Below, piece after piece: positions 46,233 through 56,190 of a DNA stretch of 64,000 nt. The stretch covers positions 1-64,000 of the IMG/VR virus record IMGVR_UViG_3300031994_002623; one strand, 5' to 3'. Position 1 is the first letter of the stretch, and each line of letters begins with the position of its first letter. The notes under the pieces are model-generated. The model was not told the DNA's origin. It saw only the letters and a list, made by a program, of their open reading frames with translations, and did no database searches. The translations under genes were made by a program, and so were the position numbers. This DNA comes from a virus (Duplodnaviria; Caudoviricetes).

Positions 46233-46523
46233 ATGAGTGAAGAAGACGTTTTTGCTATAAAAGATATATTACAGAATAGAATTGGGACTAATAAAATTGT
46301 TTTTAGAGACAAGAACGGTAAATTAGACCCTATTGTTTTTGACAATATTAGTATTGTTGGTTTATTCATTAGTGGTGGTGGAATATTATGGCTAGTGGAT
46401 GATACTGAGGTTAAGCATGATATGTTTGGTGACATAAGACCTTGGTATTTTCATGACAAATACTATGCTTTAACGTTTCCGCATGACTGTGAACAGAAAT
46501 TACTTGAAAAACTTGGAATTTAA
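46233..46523 (+). CDS. Hypothetical protein
   Basis: ORF track. Confidence 0.6.
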   Translation: MSEEDVFAIKDILQNRIGTNKIVFRDKNGKLDPIVFDNISIVGLFISGGGILWLVDDTEVKHDMFGDIRPWYFHDKYYALTFPHDCEQKLLEKLGI

Positions 46524-46535
46524 AAATAAAATATA

Positions 46536-46543
46536 TATCTTTG
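46536..46543 (+). promoter_or_regulatory. Bacteroidota sigmaA promoter -7 element
   Basis: TATCTTTGCA. Confidence 0.8.
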
Positions 46544-46569
46544 CACTAAAATTATAACTTTTTCATAAT

Positions 46570-47637
46570 ATGAGAAAAGATTACTACAATATTCTTGGTG
46601 TCAGCAAGGATGCATCAAAGGATGATATTAAGAAGGCTTTTAGAAAACTTAGTATCAAGTATCATCCAGACCGTAACCAAGGTGATAAGAAAGCCGAGGA
46701 GAAGTTCAAGGAGGTGGCTGAGGCTTATGAGGTTCTTGGTGATGATGAGAAGCGTAAGCAATATGATAATCCAGCATCTAATTTTGACTTCAAAACCAGT
46801 GGCGGTCCAGACTTCGGTGGTATGAACATTGATGAGATACTGAGACATTTTGGTGGATTCGGTGGTTTTGGTGGATTTGATTTTGGTGGTGAGAGAAAAC
46901 CGAAACAGGTGGTAGGTAGTAGCATACAAATCACTTTTAAACTCACACTGAAAGAATTATTTGATGGTGTTACCAAGAAGATTAAGTATAACCGTTATGA
47001 GCTTTGCGGTGAGTGTAACGGAACTGGTATGACATCTGAGAGCAAAAAAAGAACTTGTAAGTCATGCGGTGGAACTGGTAATGTGTTCTCATCTAATGGA
47101 TTTATGAGTATGACAAGCACTTGCCCTCAATGCGGTGGTAAAGGGCATATTATCGAGAATCCATGCAAGAAATGTAACGGTCACGGTATTGTATTAACAT
47201 CAAAGGAGGTTGAACTGAAGTTTAACAGAGGGAGTTTTCATGGACAGGTATACCAGTTTGCAGGATTGGGAAATTTCCCACCTCATGGAAATGGCTCTCC
47301 AGGAAATTTGATTGTTAACATCGCACAGATTCCAGATGAAAGATTTGACAGGGTGGGTGAAGACCTTTTCTTCACCCTAGAAATACCAGTGTTGAAGGGT
47401 ATAATAGGCGGTGAAACGACTGTCGAAACAATTGATGGAAAAATTATAACGGCTAAAATACCACGGGGTACTGAGGATGGCACACAACTCAGATTCAAGG
47501 GTTATGGTATGCCAAAATTCAACACAAACAATAGGGGCAATATGATAGGAGTTGTGAAACTCGTAATGCCAAAAGCAATAACAGAAGACGAAAGAAAACT
47601 ATTGGAAGAACTTTGCGAAAAGGATAATTTTAAGTAA
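46570..47637 (+). CDS. dnaJ: Chaperone DnaJ (class A)
   Basis: J domain HPD, G/F-rich region, four CxxCxGxG. Confidence 0.97.
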   Translation: MRKDYYNILGVSKDASKDDIKKAFRKLSIKYHPDRNQGDKKAEEKFKEVAEAYEVLGDDEKRKQYDNPASNFDFKTSGGPDFGGMNIDEILRHFGGFGGFGGFDFGGERKPKQVVGSSIQITFKLTLKELFDGVTKKIKYNRYELCGECNGTGMTSESKKRTCKSCGGTGNVFSSNGFMSMTSTCPQCGGKGHIIENPCKKCNGHGIVLTSKEVELKFNRGSFHGQVYQFAGLGNFPPHGNGSPGNLIVNIAQIPDERFDRVGEDLFFTLEIPVLKGIIGGETTVETIDGKIITAKIPRGTEDGTQLRFKGYGMPKFNTNNRGNMIGVVKLVMPKAITEDERKLLEELCEKDNFK

Positions 47638-47646
47638 CAATAATTT

Positions 47647-48741
47647 ATGGAAAGAGAAAGAAGTTTCACACGCTACGTGAAGAGCGAGAATACGTTTCAA
47701 CCCATAGGAGAGACGAGGGACGTTCTTCCATCTGGCTTCTATGAGCCAGTTTACGATTCTTATCATGGAAAGGCATTCTTCAGCAGGAAGGAAATCATAA
47801 TGCCTAAGTTGTATATCCTACCAAATGATATCCAGACAACGATTCTTGATGACATCAAGAGATTCTGGGAATCAGAGGATAGGTACAGACAGTTTGGTAA
47901 TGTTTATAAGAGGAACATACTCTTGTATTCATTGCCTGGTAATGGCAAAACATCACTTATTAATATTCTGGCACATAAGCTAATAGAAGAATACGATGGT
48001 GTTGTTATATTCATTGATAACACGCAGGCACTCAGTTCGTATCATGTGTGCATGGAGCGACTGAGGGATATTGAGCCTAACAGGAAGATTGTAACAATCA
48101 TTGAGGATTTCGAACGTCTGTCAAAGGATGACCACTATACAGCCATGCTGTTGCAGTTGCTTGATGGTAATACACAGTTTGATAATGTTGTTACTATTGC
48201 AACAACTAACTATCCGCAGATACTTGAGAAGAGATTTACTTGTAGACCAAGCAGATTCAACCTCGTTATCGAGTATAAGAAACCTACTGAGGATGTGAGG
48301 AGAGCTTACATCACTATGAAGTTAAAGGATGCTGGACTGGATGTTGAGGATGAGACAATTAAGAAGGACATAGAGAGGTATACTGTAAAGACTGAAGGAT
48401 TCACGTTTGACTTCTTGAAAGAAGTGATACAGGGTATTTACGTAGACCAGATACCAGAGGTGACACTGTTTGACAGACTCAATGAGATTATCAAGAAGAA
48501 TGGTAGGATTACTGTTACTGAGGAAGAGACAAAGCAGATTGGCTTCTCTACTGGTGCAACACTATCAAACTCTGTCACAGAACCAACAGACCCAATAGGG
48601 GTTGAAGAAGCCGATGAAGTGTCTGAGGATTGGGCTGTAAAACCAGCTAAACAACGAGCAGCAAACTTAAAAATTAAAGGATTTTATACACCTATTGCGA
48701 AAGAAATGGGTATAGGAGAGGAAGATGCTAAAAACGATTAA
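47647..48741 (+). CDS. AAA+ ATPase
   Basis: LPGNGKT, IIEDFE, ATTN, RPSRF. Confidence 0.85.
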   Translation: MERERSFTRYVKSENTFQPIGETRDVLPSGFYEPVYDSYHGKAFFSRKEIIMPKLYILPNDIQTTILDDIKRFWESEDRYRQFGNVYKRNILLYSLPGNGKTSLINILAHKLIEEYDGVVIFIDNTQALSSYHVCMERLRDIEPNRKIVTIIEDFERLSKDDHYTAMLLQLLDGNTQFDNVVTIATTNYPQILEKRFTCRPSRFNLVIEYKKPTEDVRRAYITMKLKDAGLDVEDETIKKDIERYTVKTEGFTFDFLKEVIQGIYVDQIPEVTLFDRLNEIIKKNGRITVTEEETKQIGFSTGATLSNSVTEPTDPIGVEEADEVSEDWAVKPAKQRAANLKIKGFYTPIAKEMGIGEEDAKND

Positions 48742-49333
48742 GGACGTAGACCTTTTCGAACATGTTAAGGAATATGACGTGGTGCTGATAGGAACTAATA
48801 CCTATTGCACCATGTCTCAAGGTATACAGTTGAAGGTTATGCTCAACTACCATTACGTACAAGAGAAGAATATGGAAACCAAGTATGGAGACCCAGAGAA
48901 GCTTGGTACTATTCTAGAATGTACGGCAGATGGAGAGCCAACCTTCTGTCTGTGTTTTATCACGGCTGGTTATAATTTCAGACCAGACCTCCAAAAAGAC
49001 TACTTATCCTATGAATCTCTTGAGAAATGCCTCAAACTTATTAATATTTTATATAAAGGGAAACGAGTTGCTTGTCCCTTACTTGGTAATAGCAGGTTCG
49101 ATGGTAATGGTGATAAGAATAGAATATTAGACATATTCACTAATACTATAACGGATGTTGACCTAGACATCTATGACTACCATCAGAAGAGTAGGGCAGA
49201 GGAAATGAAGGAGATTAGAGAGAAGGAGCTTGAGGTTAAAGCTAAAGACAGGAAAGCGTACTACGAAATGGTTGCTAAGAGAAAGAAAGAAGCTGAGGAA
49301 AGATTTAAGAAAAACGGACATAGAAGATATTAG
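48725..49333 (+). CDS. Macro-domain-like (Poa1p/DarG-like) protein
   Basis: DLF, TN...MSQGI, LG, YESLEKCL, CPLLG. Confidence 0.6.
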   Translation: MLKTIKDVDLFEHVKEYDVVLIGTNTYCTMSQGIQLKVMLNYHYVQEKNMETKYGDPEKLGTILECTADGEPTFCLCFITAGYNFRPDLQKDYLSYESLEKCLKLINILYKGKRVACPLLGNSRFDGNGDKNRILDIFTNTITDVDLDIYDYHQKSRAEEMKEIREKELEVKAKDRKAYYEMVAKRKKEAEERFKKNGHRRY

Positions 49334-49337
49334 ATAT

Positions 49338-49706
49338 ATGGTAATACATTTACATTTAACTGAAGACCACTTGAAGCTGGTCAAATTCCTCAACATTGAG
49401 GATAAGGATGACGATATAATCGCCATTAACAAGAACGTCATGCTGACGTTGCAGACACACATTCTGGATGATGTGGCTACAGTCCTTGGATATAGGGACA
49501 AGGCAATAAAAGGTACAGAGGAAGACCCAGATGGTGCTGCATATCCAGATGATGTGGAGAAATATCTACTGGATACCTATCATTATGTATCAGACAATCT
49601 ATATTACATAGAGACACTTATTCACCAGAGGTGTACACAAGGTGTAGTACCTGGTCATTATAAGGCCTTAGACAGAGACTTGTTATGGGAATATGTAGAG
49701 GGTTAA
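49338..49706 (+). CDS. Hypothetical protein
   Basis: ATG 49338 preferred; LTEDHLKL. Confidence 0.7.
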   Translation: MVIHLHLTEDHLKLVKFLNIEDKDDDIIAINKNVMLTLQTHILDDVATVLGYRDKAIKGTEEDPDGAAYPDDVEKYLLDTYHYVSDNLYYIETLIHQRCTQGVVPGHYKALDRDLLWEYVEG

Positions 49707-49749
49707 CAAAAATTAAGGATATTATTTTGGTTATGTCAGATAAATTCTG

Positions 49750-49757
49750 TAACTTTG
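49750..49757 (+). promoter_or_regulatory. Bacteroidota sigmaA promoter -7 element
   Basis: TAACTTTGCA with upstream TTTG. Confidence 0.7.
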
Positions 49758-49792
49758 CACCCGATAATGACTACGAAGACCCAGTTGGGGCG

Positions 49793-50041
49793 TTGGCTAC
49801 TGATGTGGGTAAGAACATCCCAGTACTTGAGGGTGAAGATGCTGAACGTTTTATCCTCATGATGGAAGAAAACGAGAGGAAGGCAGCTGAGCGTGCTAAA
49901 CTCCCCCCAACGAAGGAGGAAATAGAGAGGAGACTAAGCTGCGCTAAGATTATGTATGACTTTCAGAAAAGACAACTTGAAGAATTAGAACAAGAAATAA
50001 AAAGGCTAGAAAAATTAAATGCTGAAACCGAAGAAAAATGA
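49793..50041 (+). CDS. Hypothetical protein (start uncertain)
   Basis: PVLEGEDAERF then coiled coil; start placed downstream of promoter. Confidence 0.55.
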   Translation: MATDVGKNIPVLEGEDAERFILMMEENERKAAERAKLPPTKEEIERRLSCAKIMYDFQKRQLEELEQEIKRLEKLNAETEEK

Positions 50042-50546
50042 TTTGACCCAGAGGTTTAGGGTTAATGATGAGATTCGTTTCTCTGGTGACGTTAGAATCG
50101 TAGGTGAGGGTATCGAATCAAAGGTGGTCTCAATTAACGAGGCACGTAGAATTGCCGAGAGTATGGAATTAGACCTTGTGGAAATACAGGGTAGACTAGA
50201 GATTCCAGTTCTTAGGATATGTAACTACGAAAAGATGCTATATGAGATTAAGAAAATCGCAAAGAAGGCTAAACAAAATGCGAAACCTCTTAAAGAGATA
50301 CAACTTAGCGTTAACATTGCTAAGCATGACCTCGAAACAAAGGTTAATAACGCAAGAAAGTTTATTGAGGAAGGCAGCAGAGTTAAAGTGGTACTTACCA
50401 TGAAGGGCAGAGAACTGTCAAGACGTGAGGAGAACAAGAGGTCTATACTGGAGTTTATCGTCATGCTTGAAGACGTTGCTGTTCCAGAGGCAGCACCACG
50501 TGATGAGAACAATAAGACCACTGTCATATTGAAAAAAAAGAATTAA
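50019..50546 (+). CDS. infC: Translation initiation factor IF-3
   Basis: RVNDEIR, LDLVEI, KEIQLS.NI..HD.ETK, KGRE. Confidence 0.93.
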   Translation: MLKPKKNDLTQRFRVNDEIRFSGDVRIVGEGIESKVVSINEARRIAESMELDLVEIQGRLEIPVLRICNYEKMLYEIKKIAKKAKQNAKPLKEIQLSVNIAKHDLETKVNNARKFIEEGSRVKVVLTMKGRELSRREENKRSILEFIVMLEDVAVPEAAPRDENNKTTVILKKKN

Positions 50547-50578
50547 CAATGTTACAAACAATAAAGGAATAAGAAAGA

Positions 50579-51541
50579 ATGGCTTTAGTAGTAAATTTGA
50601 AACAGACTGACACTGGTCTTGTTTGCCGTAGTGAAAACACCAAACGTTTCTACAACGACATCAGAAAGTACGATGTTCCAGACAAGGAAGAGGAAATCAA
50701 GATGTTCGCTGAATTTGCCAAGTACAGGAATCTACTGAATGAGGCAAAGGAGAATCATGATTTGGAGGCTATTAAGAGATACGAACCTAAGATGATTAAG
50801 GCTCGTGGTCTTATTATTGCCGCAAACCAGAGACTTTGTGTTGCAGCAGCGAAGAACTGGGCAACCACAGACACATTGATGGACTACGTGAACGAGGCTA
50901 ACATAGGTCTTGCAGAAGCTGTAGATAAGTTCGACCATACGAGGGGATTTAAGTTCGCCAGTTATGCTATGTGGTATGTGAAGAGAGCTATCGAAGAGTA
51001 TCATCACAACGTCAAGCCAATAGTCCACAGAACCAACAACTCTAAGACATGGAGTATTGTTTCTAAGGCATCAAGCGAATTTATGCAGGAGAACGAGCGT
51101 AACCCTAGCGCAGAGGAACTGTTGGATATTGTCAATAAGAAGCTCAAGAAGGGTATCAAAGACAAGAATGACCTGCTTAACCTGCATGTTACGATGGTTG
51201 ATGACTACTCTCCATCTGACGAGGAATCAACTGTAGGGTTTGCTGACCTCATGGATTACAACCGTGCAAGTTCCTCAGCCAATGACTATGAGGCTAAGTC
51301 TGAGAGTGATTTCCAGAAGACTATGGTTTCCTCGCTATTAGAGATACTAACACCACGTGAGCAGAAAGTTATTCAGATGCGCTTTGGTCTTATCGAGGTT
51401 AACGGCATTAAGAGGGAGTTTGAACTTTCTGAGGTGGCACTAGAACTTGGTTTGACATCTGAGAGAATCAGACAAATGGAGACTGCCATACTCGCAAAGC
51501 TGAAAAGAGAATATGAAGAGAGAATCTTCTCCTCCAAGTAA
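50579..51541 (+). CDS. Sigma70-family factor (regions 1.2, 2, 3, 4)
   Basis: ANQRL, EANIGL.EAVDKFD..RGFKFASYAMW, R.PS.EE, LT.REQ.VI.MRFG, LTSERIRQ. Confidence 0.92.
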   Translation: MALVVNLKQTDTGLVCRSENTKRFYNDIRKYDVPDKEEEIKMFAEFAKYRNLLNEAKENHDLEAIKRYEPKMIKARGLIIAANQRLCVAAAKNWATTDTLMDYVNEANIGLAEAVDKFDHTRGFKFASYAMWYVKRAIEEYHHNVKPIVHRTNNSKTWSIVSKASSEFMQENERNPSAEELLDIVNKKLKKGIKDKNDLLNLHVTMVDDYSPSDEESTVGFADLMDYNRASSSANDYEAKSESDFQKTMVSSLLEILTPREQKVIQMRFGLIEVNGIKREFELSEVALELGLTSERIRQMETAILAKLKREYEERIFSSK

Positions 51542-51547
51542 AAAAAT

Positions 51548-51580
51548 AATGGACTACTACCACGTGTAATAGTCCATTTT
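51548..51580. terminator. Bidirectional terminator
   Basis: aatggacta...tagtccatt between convergent genes. Confidence 0.7.
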
Positions 51581-51586
51581 TATTTG

Positions 51587-52087
51587 TTATGCCTTAACAG
51601 CCACCTGTCCACTTGAAATCATATCCTCAAGTTTCTGTGCAACCCTACTGGTCATAGGTCTCTCACCATTAAGTATCTTTCTAAGCTGTGACTGAGCACC
51701 CTCGTCAGTATGGTCTGGGAATATTTCCCTTGCAACTGCTGCAATATCTGTTTTCTCTGGGTCGATTCTGTCTGCAAGCTGTCTATAGTCACCAGCTGCA
51801 ACGTCTCTGTTCTTCTCCTTATATCTTGTGAAGTTATATCTTTCACTACCTCCACCCTTCTTTTTACGCATTCTGTATTCAGCTTCTTTTTTCTTTTTAA
51901 GCTTTTCCTTGTACTTCTTTACTGCAAGGTCATGTGCTTCTTTATCGCTGAAACCTTTATTCTGGTATTTAAGCTGTAACCTTCTGATGTTCTTATAGTG
52001 CTTCTCTTCCTCTGGGTTCTTATACACCCTTTCAGAGAGAATAGTCTTTTCCACTTCTTCACGTATGATTTGTGCTATATAATCCAT
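51587..52087 (-). CDS. Basic protein with IIREE..ILSE leader and C-terminal HTH-like region
   Basis: ORF track; TATTTAT upstream on minus strand (52121-52127). Confidence 0.75.
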   Translation of the reverse strand: MDYIAQIIREEVEKTILSERVYKNPEEEKHYKNIRRLQLKYQNKGFSDKEAHDLAVKKYKEKLKKKKEAEYRMRKKKGGGSERYNFTRYKEKNRDVAAGDYRQLADRIDPEKTDIAAVAREIFPDHTDEGAQSQLRKILNGERPMTSRVAQKLEDMISSGQVAVKA

Positions 52088-52181
52088 AATATTTTAGTTA
52101 ATAAACGTTATAATATACCTATAAATACATTTTTTTCTGAAAAAAGTTCTCTAATTATTTGGAATTAAAGAAAAAAATATA

Positions 52182-52189
52182 TATCTTTG
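52182..52189 (+). promoter_or_regulatory. Bacteroidota sigmaA promoter -7 element
   Basis: TATCTTTGCA with upstream TTTG. Confidence 0.8.
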
Positions 52190-52216
52190 CACCACGATTC
52201 AAAAAAGTGAGAAAAT

Positions 52217-53893
52217 ATGAACACAAGAACAAGAACACAGACAACGAATAGGTTCGTTGAGACAGTAGGGTTTAGAGCAACAACCCTTACAGAGAATGGA
52301 GCAGTTACTAACGTTACTACTGGTAGCCAGATAGTTGACCAGTTCGGTAAGGCAGGTAACTTCAGAGGTCGTCCTATCGCAGATGTGTTCACTGACCAGG
52401 CAAGAATCTGGGAGGAGAACGCTGAGGCAGCTCTCCGTTTCCCATTCTACCTTCGTATGGTTACACGTAAGGTGAAGGTTAACAAGGAGAACGAGACTGA
52501 CAAGGTTCAGAACGGACAGGGTGCTCGTGATGAGTCATTCAAGCGTTTTCTTTGGATTGCCAAGGAACACCCATCAACCTTCTACAACAACGTATGGGCA
52601 TTGCCTATTGTTGGTTCATGGAAGGACATTTGGACAATGTTGTTCTACGACATTCACGAGGGTACGAATGCGCTGAATCATGAGGCGATGTTCGAAATCA
52701 TTGCACAGGGTTTGCTTTGCGATACCCATGTTGACCTGGTGAAGAAATATATGCCTCGTATCAAGAGCGAGAGTAAGTGCAAGACTGAGTGGACTAAGAC
52801 AACTAACAAGTTGGCTAAGGAGTTCGCTAACTTCATGAACCTGTCCTACAAGGAGTACAACAAGCTGAAGACCAGCGGTAACGCACATGACTTCCAGAAG
52901 CTTATCTGTTCACGTAACTACGGTGAGTTGAACTGGAATCATATCCCAGGTCGTGCTCTGAATCTACTTGTAACCAGCAAGTTCCTTTCAAACCACAATT
53001 TGAAGGACGCTTACACCAAGTGGATAATGGGTAAGCCTGTGGCAAAGTTTACTGGATACGTCTTCGAGCTTGCCAAGAAGCTTCGTGATGCTGGTGTCTA
53101 CAGAGGATATGCTCACAAGGCATTGTCTCCAGAGGTCAAGCACACTATCGATGCTCAGTTTATGGGCTTGGTAGAACAGGCACGTAAAAACGGTAAGATT
53201 ACAGGTAACGTATGGTGCGCACTTGATACCAGCGGTTCAATGAGTACACGTGTGAATGGTCTGAATGACGTATCTTGTAGTGACGTTGCCAACTCTTTGG
53301 CAATCTTCTTCAGTGAACTTAACACTGGAGCGTTCCACAACAAGATTATCATGTTCGACAACAAGTCATACCCATACGACCTCAAGGGTGATTCATTCTG
53401 CGACAAGGTGATGACACTACCAGGTGTTCCTTGTGGAGGTACTAACTTCCAGTCAATCGTAGAGGAGATTGTGAAGATTCGTAAGGAGCATCCAGAGATT
53501 CCTCTGGAGGACTACCCAAAGACCATCCTTGTGGTATCAGATATGCAGTTCAATCCTGCTGGTGGTGGCTACTATTCACGTCAGCGTACTGAGCCAACCA
53601 ACTACGAGTACTCAAAGAAGACACTCAAGACTGTCTTCCCAGATGAGTTCGTTGAGAGTATGTCGTTCATCTGGTGGGACGTAGCTGCAAGATACGGTAA
53701 CACTCACTACGAGGGTGACTGCAACACTCCAGGTTGTTACTTCTTCTCTGGCTTCGATGGTAGTATTATATCGATGCTGCTTAACGAAGAGGCGGTGAAG
53801 GATGAGGTAACTGGTGAGGTTCGTAAGCCTACAGCCGAGGAGCTGGTAATGAAGGCTCTGTCACAGGAGATTCTGAATTACATCAAGCTCTGA
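52217..53893 (+). CDS. DUF2828 family protein (TROVE/Ro60-like helical domain plus vWA)
   Basis: LTENGA, GQG.R, GSWKD, KYMPR, DTSGSM, TNFQ, VSDMQF, SGF. Confidence 0.85.
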   Translation: MNTRTRTQTTNRFVETVGFRATTLTENGAVTNVTTGSQIVDQFGKAGNFRGRPIADVFTDQARIWEENAEAALRFPFYLRMVTRKVKVNKENETDKVQNGQGARDESFKRFLWIAKEHPSTFYNNVWALPIVGSWKDIWTMLFYDIHEGTNALNHEAMFEIIAQGLLCDTHVDLVKKYMPRIKSESKCKTEWTKTTNKLAKEFANFMNLSYKEYNKLKTSGNAHDFQKLICSRNYGELNWNHIPGRALNLLVTSKFLSNHNLKDAYTKWIMGKPVAKFTGYVFELAKKLRDAGVYRGYAHKALSPEVKHTIDAQFMGLVEQARKNGKITGNVWCALDTSGSMSTRVNGLNDVSCSDVANSLAIFFSELNTGAFHNKIIMFDNKSYPYDLKGDSFCDKVMTLPGVPCGGTNFQSIVEEIVKIRKEHPEIPLEDYPKTILVVSDMQFNPAGGGYYSRQRTEPTNYEYSKKTLKTVFPDEFVESMSFIWWDVAARYGNTHYEGDCNTPGCYFFSGFDGSIISMLLNEEAVKDEVTGEVRKPTAEELVMKALSQEILNYIKL

Positions 53894-53899
53894 AGAAAT

Positions 53900-53931
53900 A
53901 AAAGGTGCTAGTTAACGCTAGCACTTTTTTT
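53900..53931 (+). terminator. Intrinsic terminator
   Basis: gtgctag-ttaacg-ctagcac followed by T run. Confidence 0.8.
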
Positions 53932-53974
53932 GTTAAATAGAGTTAAGTAATTTTGATAATTCGCTTATTTTTTA

Positions 53975-53982
53975 TATCTTTG
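53975..53982 (+). promoter_or_regulatory. Bacteroidota sigmaA promoter -7 element
   Basis: TATCTTTGCA. Confidence 0.75.
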
Positions 53983-53999
53983 CAGAAAAGATATTAATT

Positions 54000-54602
54000 A
54001 TGAAGGAATTTGTAAGATTGTTTAATTCATCAGCCCTGGCTGGTATTTGTATCGCTATGGGTGGTACTGCGTTTATGAAGGTAGGGGGTCTGTGGGGCGC
54101 TATACTCTTCTCATTTGGACTCATTACCGTAGTTCACTATGCTTTCAAACTTTATACTGGTACTGCTGGTTTCTTCAAGCCAGACAGTGTAAAGGAGTGG
54201 ATAGAGCTGCTAGTTATCATTTTCGGTAACGCCATTGGTTGTGGACTCATGTCAATCCTCCTATGGAGTACTTCCCCAGAACTGATAGAAGCATCAAGTC
54301 AGATTCTACATAAAAGATTAGATGCTGGTGCATTTAACTGTTTCCTTGCCGCAATCTGTTGCGGATTTATTATGACAACAGCGGTGCATTTTGCTAGAAA
54401 GAGACACTTCCTACCATTGCTATTCGGTGTACCTTTATTCATTATGTGTGGATTCACACACAGTATAGCCGATGCATTCTATTTCCTATGTAGTAAGGAG
54501 TTTATAAGTGGAAGTGTTATTGCTATATGGATAGCTGAGATTCTTGGAAACTTCGTAGGTTGTAACCTGTACAGGATGGTAATTCCTAAACAGCCAGGTT
54601 AA
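54000..54602 (+). CDS. Formate/nitrite transporter (FNT) family channel
   Basis: LAG..I..G, FSFGL, LYTG, GN.IG, FI.CGFTHSIAD, GNFVG. Confidence 0.88.
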   Translation: MKEFVRLFNSSALAGICIAMGGTAFMKVGGLWGAILFSFGLITVVHYAFKLYTGTAGFFKPDSVKEWIELLVIIFGNAIGCGLMSILLWSTSPELIEASSQILHKRLDAGAFNCFLAAICCGFIMTTAVHFARKRHFLPLLFGVPLFIMCGFTHSIADAFYFLCSKEFISGSVIAIWIAEILGNFVGCNLYRMVIPKQPG

Positions 54603-54640
54603 AGCTTGTTAAATAATTTGGAAATATAATTTTTTTAATA

Positions 54641-54648
54641 TATCTTTG
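54641..54648 (+). promoter_or_regulatory. Bacteroidota sigmaA promoter -7 element
   Basis: TATCTTTGCA with upstream TTTG. Confidence 0.8.
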
Positions 54649-54656
54649 CATCCGTA

Positions 54657-54878
54657 ATGACCAGGGAAGAAATAATTCTTAGGACAATTATGTATTTTTT
54701 CAAAAAAAGTAAGAATAAGAGTAAGGGAAAAAGCAGCAGTAGGAAGAAGGGTGGAAACCCGAACTCCAGGCAGAAGAGGAAAGCTAGGATGGAAAGTATA
54801 ACAGAGACACAGAGGCTTTCCATCGTTAATGCTGTCCTAAGTAAAAGAAGGCTGCTAGTATATACGGATAGTTTATAA
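54657..54878 (+). CDS. Small basic hypothetical protein
   Basis: ORF track; directly after promoter. Confidence 0.55.
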   Translation: MTREEIILRTIMYFFKKSKNKSKGKSSSRKKGGNPNSRQKRKARMESITETQRLSIVNAVLSKRRLLVYTDSL

Positions 54879-54894
54879 CATTATATAAGATAAT

Positions 54895-56178
54895 ATGAAT
54901 CCATTACTTAAAGAATTGAAAGAGAGAGGACTTATTGCAAGTCTCTCTGGCAACCTCGAAGAGTTGCTCAGTAAGCCAACTGTATTTTATGTAGGTACTG
55001 ACCCCACAGCGGACAGCCTACACCTTGGACATTTGCTGGCATTTACAACTGCCAAGCTTCTTCAGTCCTATGGCCATAAGCCTATCGTTCTGTTGGGAGG
55101 TGCTACGGCTTTCATTGGAGACCCATCGTTTAAGTCAGAAGAGCGCAAGCTTCTGAGTGCTGAAGTAGTCGAGCATAACATCGAGGGTATCCGCAAACAG
55201 GTGAGTAGACTGCTTCACTTTGATAACAACGACCCAAAGGCTGCTATTCTGGTTAATAACTACGATTGGATGAAGAATTTCTCTTTCATCGATTTCGCAC
55301 GTGAGGTTGGTAAGTGTATCACCGTTAACTACATGATGGCAAAGGACTCTGTAAAGAAGCGTCTTGAGCGTGAGGGTAGTGGTATGTCATTCACTGAGTT
55401 TACCTATCAGTTGTTACAGGGTTACGATTTCGTCGAGTTGTACCAGAACTATGACTGTAAGCTACAGATTGGTGGTAGTGACCAGTATGGAAACGGTACT
55501 ACTGGTATTGAACTGATACACAAGATGCTTGGAAAGGACGATGCTTGTATGTTGACATGGCCTTTGGTAACTAAGGCTGATGGCACAAAGTTCGGTAAGT
55601 CAGAGAAGGGTAATATCTGGCTTGACCCAGAGAAGACGAGTCCATACGAGTTCTTCCAGTTCTGGATGAATCAGTCTGACGAAGACTCAGAGCGTTTCAT
55701 AAAGCTGTTCACCCTCATCCCTCTTGAAAACATCAAGACTATTATTGAGCAGCATCGTGAGAACCCAAGCAAACGTTACTTGCAGACTGTACTTGCTGAA
55801 TACATGACTGAAATGATTCATGGTCATGATGCAGTGCTTGGTGTGAAACAGGCTACTGCATTCCTGTTTGGCGGTATTGGCCTTGACGAAATGGATATTA
55901 ACGGATGGAAGTTCGTTGAGTCAGAGGTTGCTACTGTTGAGATACCAAAGGAACAGCTTGCCAGTGGTGTGACTGTTATCGACCTTGCAACCATGCATGA
56001 CAAAGTGCCTTCAAAGTCCGAGGCTCGTAAGCTTATCAAGGCTAACGGTTTCTCCATCAACAGGGAGAAGGTTACCGACGAGAAGGTAGTTGTTGATGCT
56101 GGTAGTCTAATCAACGGCAAGTATCTACTTCTCCAAAAGGGTAAGAAAGATTATACGCTAATTGTGGCTAAATCCTAA
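54895..56178 (+). CDS. tyrS: Tyrosine--tRNA ligase
   Basis: DPTADSLHLGH, YQLLQGYD, QIGGSDQ, KFGKS, C-terminal S4 domain. Confidence 0.97.
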   Translation: MNPLLKELKERGLIASLSGNLEELLSKPTVFYVGTDPTADSLHLGHLLAFTTAKLLQSYGHKPIVLLGGATAFIGDPSFKSEERKLLSAEVVEHNIEGIRKQVSRLLHFDNNDPKAAILVNNYDWMKNFSFIDFAREVGKCITVNYMMAKDSVKKRLEREGSGMSFTEFTYQLLQGYDFVELYQNYDCKLQIGGSDQYGNGTTGIELIHKMLGKDDACMLTWPLVTKADGTKFGKSEKGNIWLDPEKTSPYEFFQFWMNQSDEDSERFIKLFTLIPLENIKTIIEQHRENPSKRYLQTVLAEYMTEMIHGHDAVLGVKQATAFLFGGIGLDEMDINGWKFVESEVATVEIPKEQLASGVTVIDLATMHDKVPSKSEARKLIKANGFSINREKVTDEKVVVDAGSLINGKYLLLQKGKKDYTLIVAKS

Positions 56179-56190
56179 ACAATATATATC

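Noticed and set aside
50019-50021. infC starting with ATG rather than ATT as escape from autoregulation
   Set aside because: The ATG is seen, but I cannot establish the host infC start codon, so significance is unsupported.
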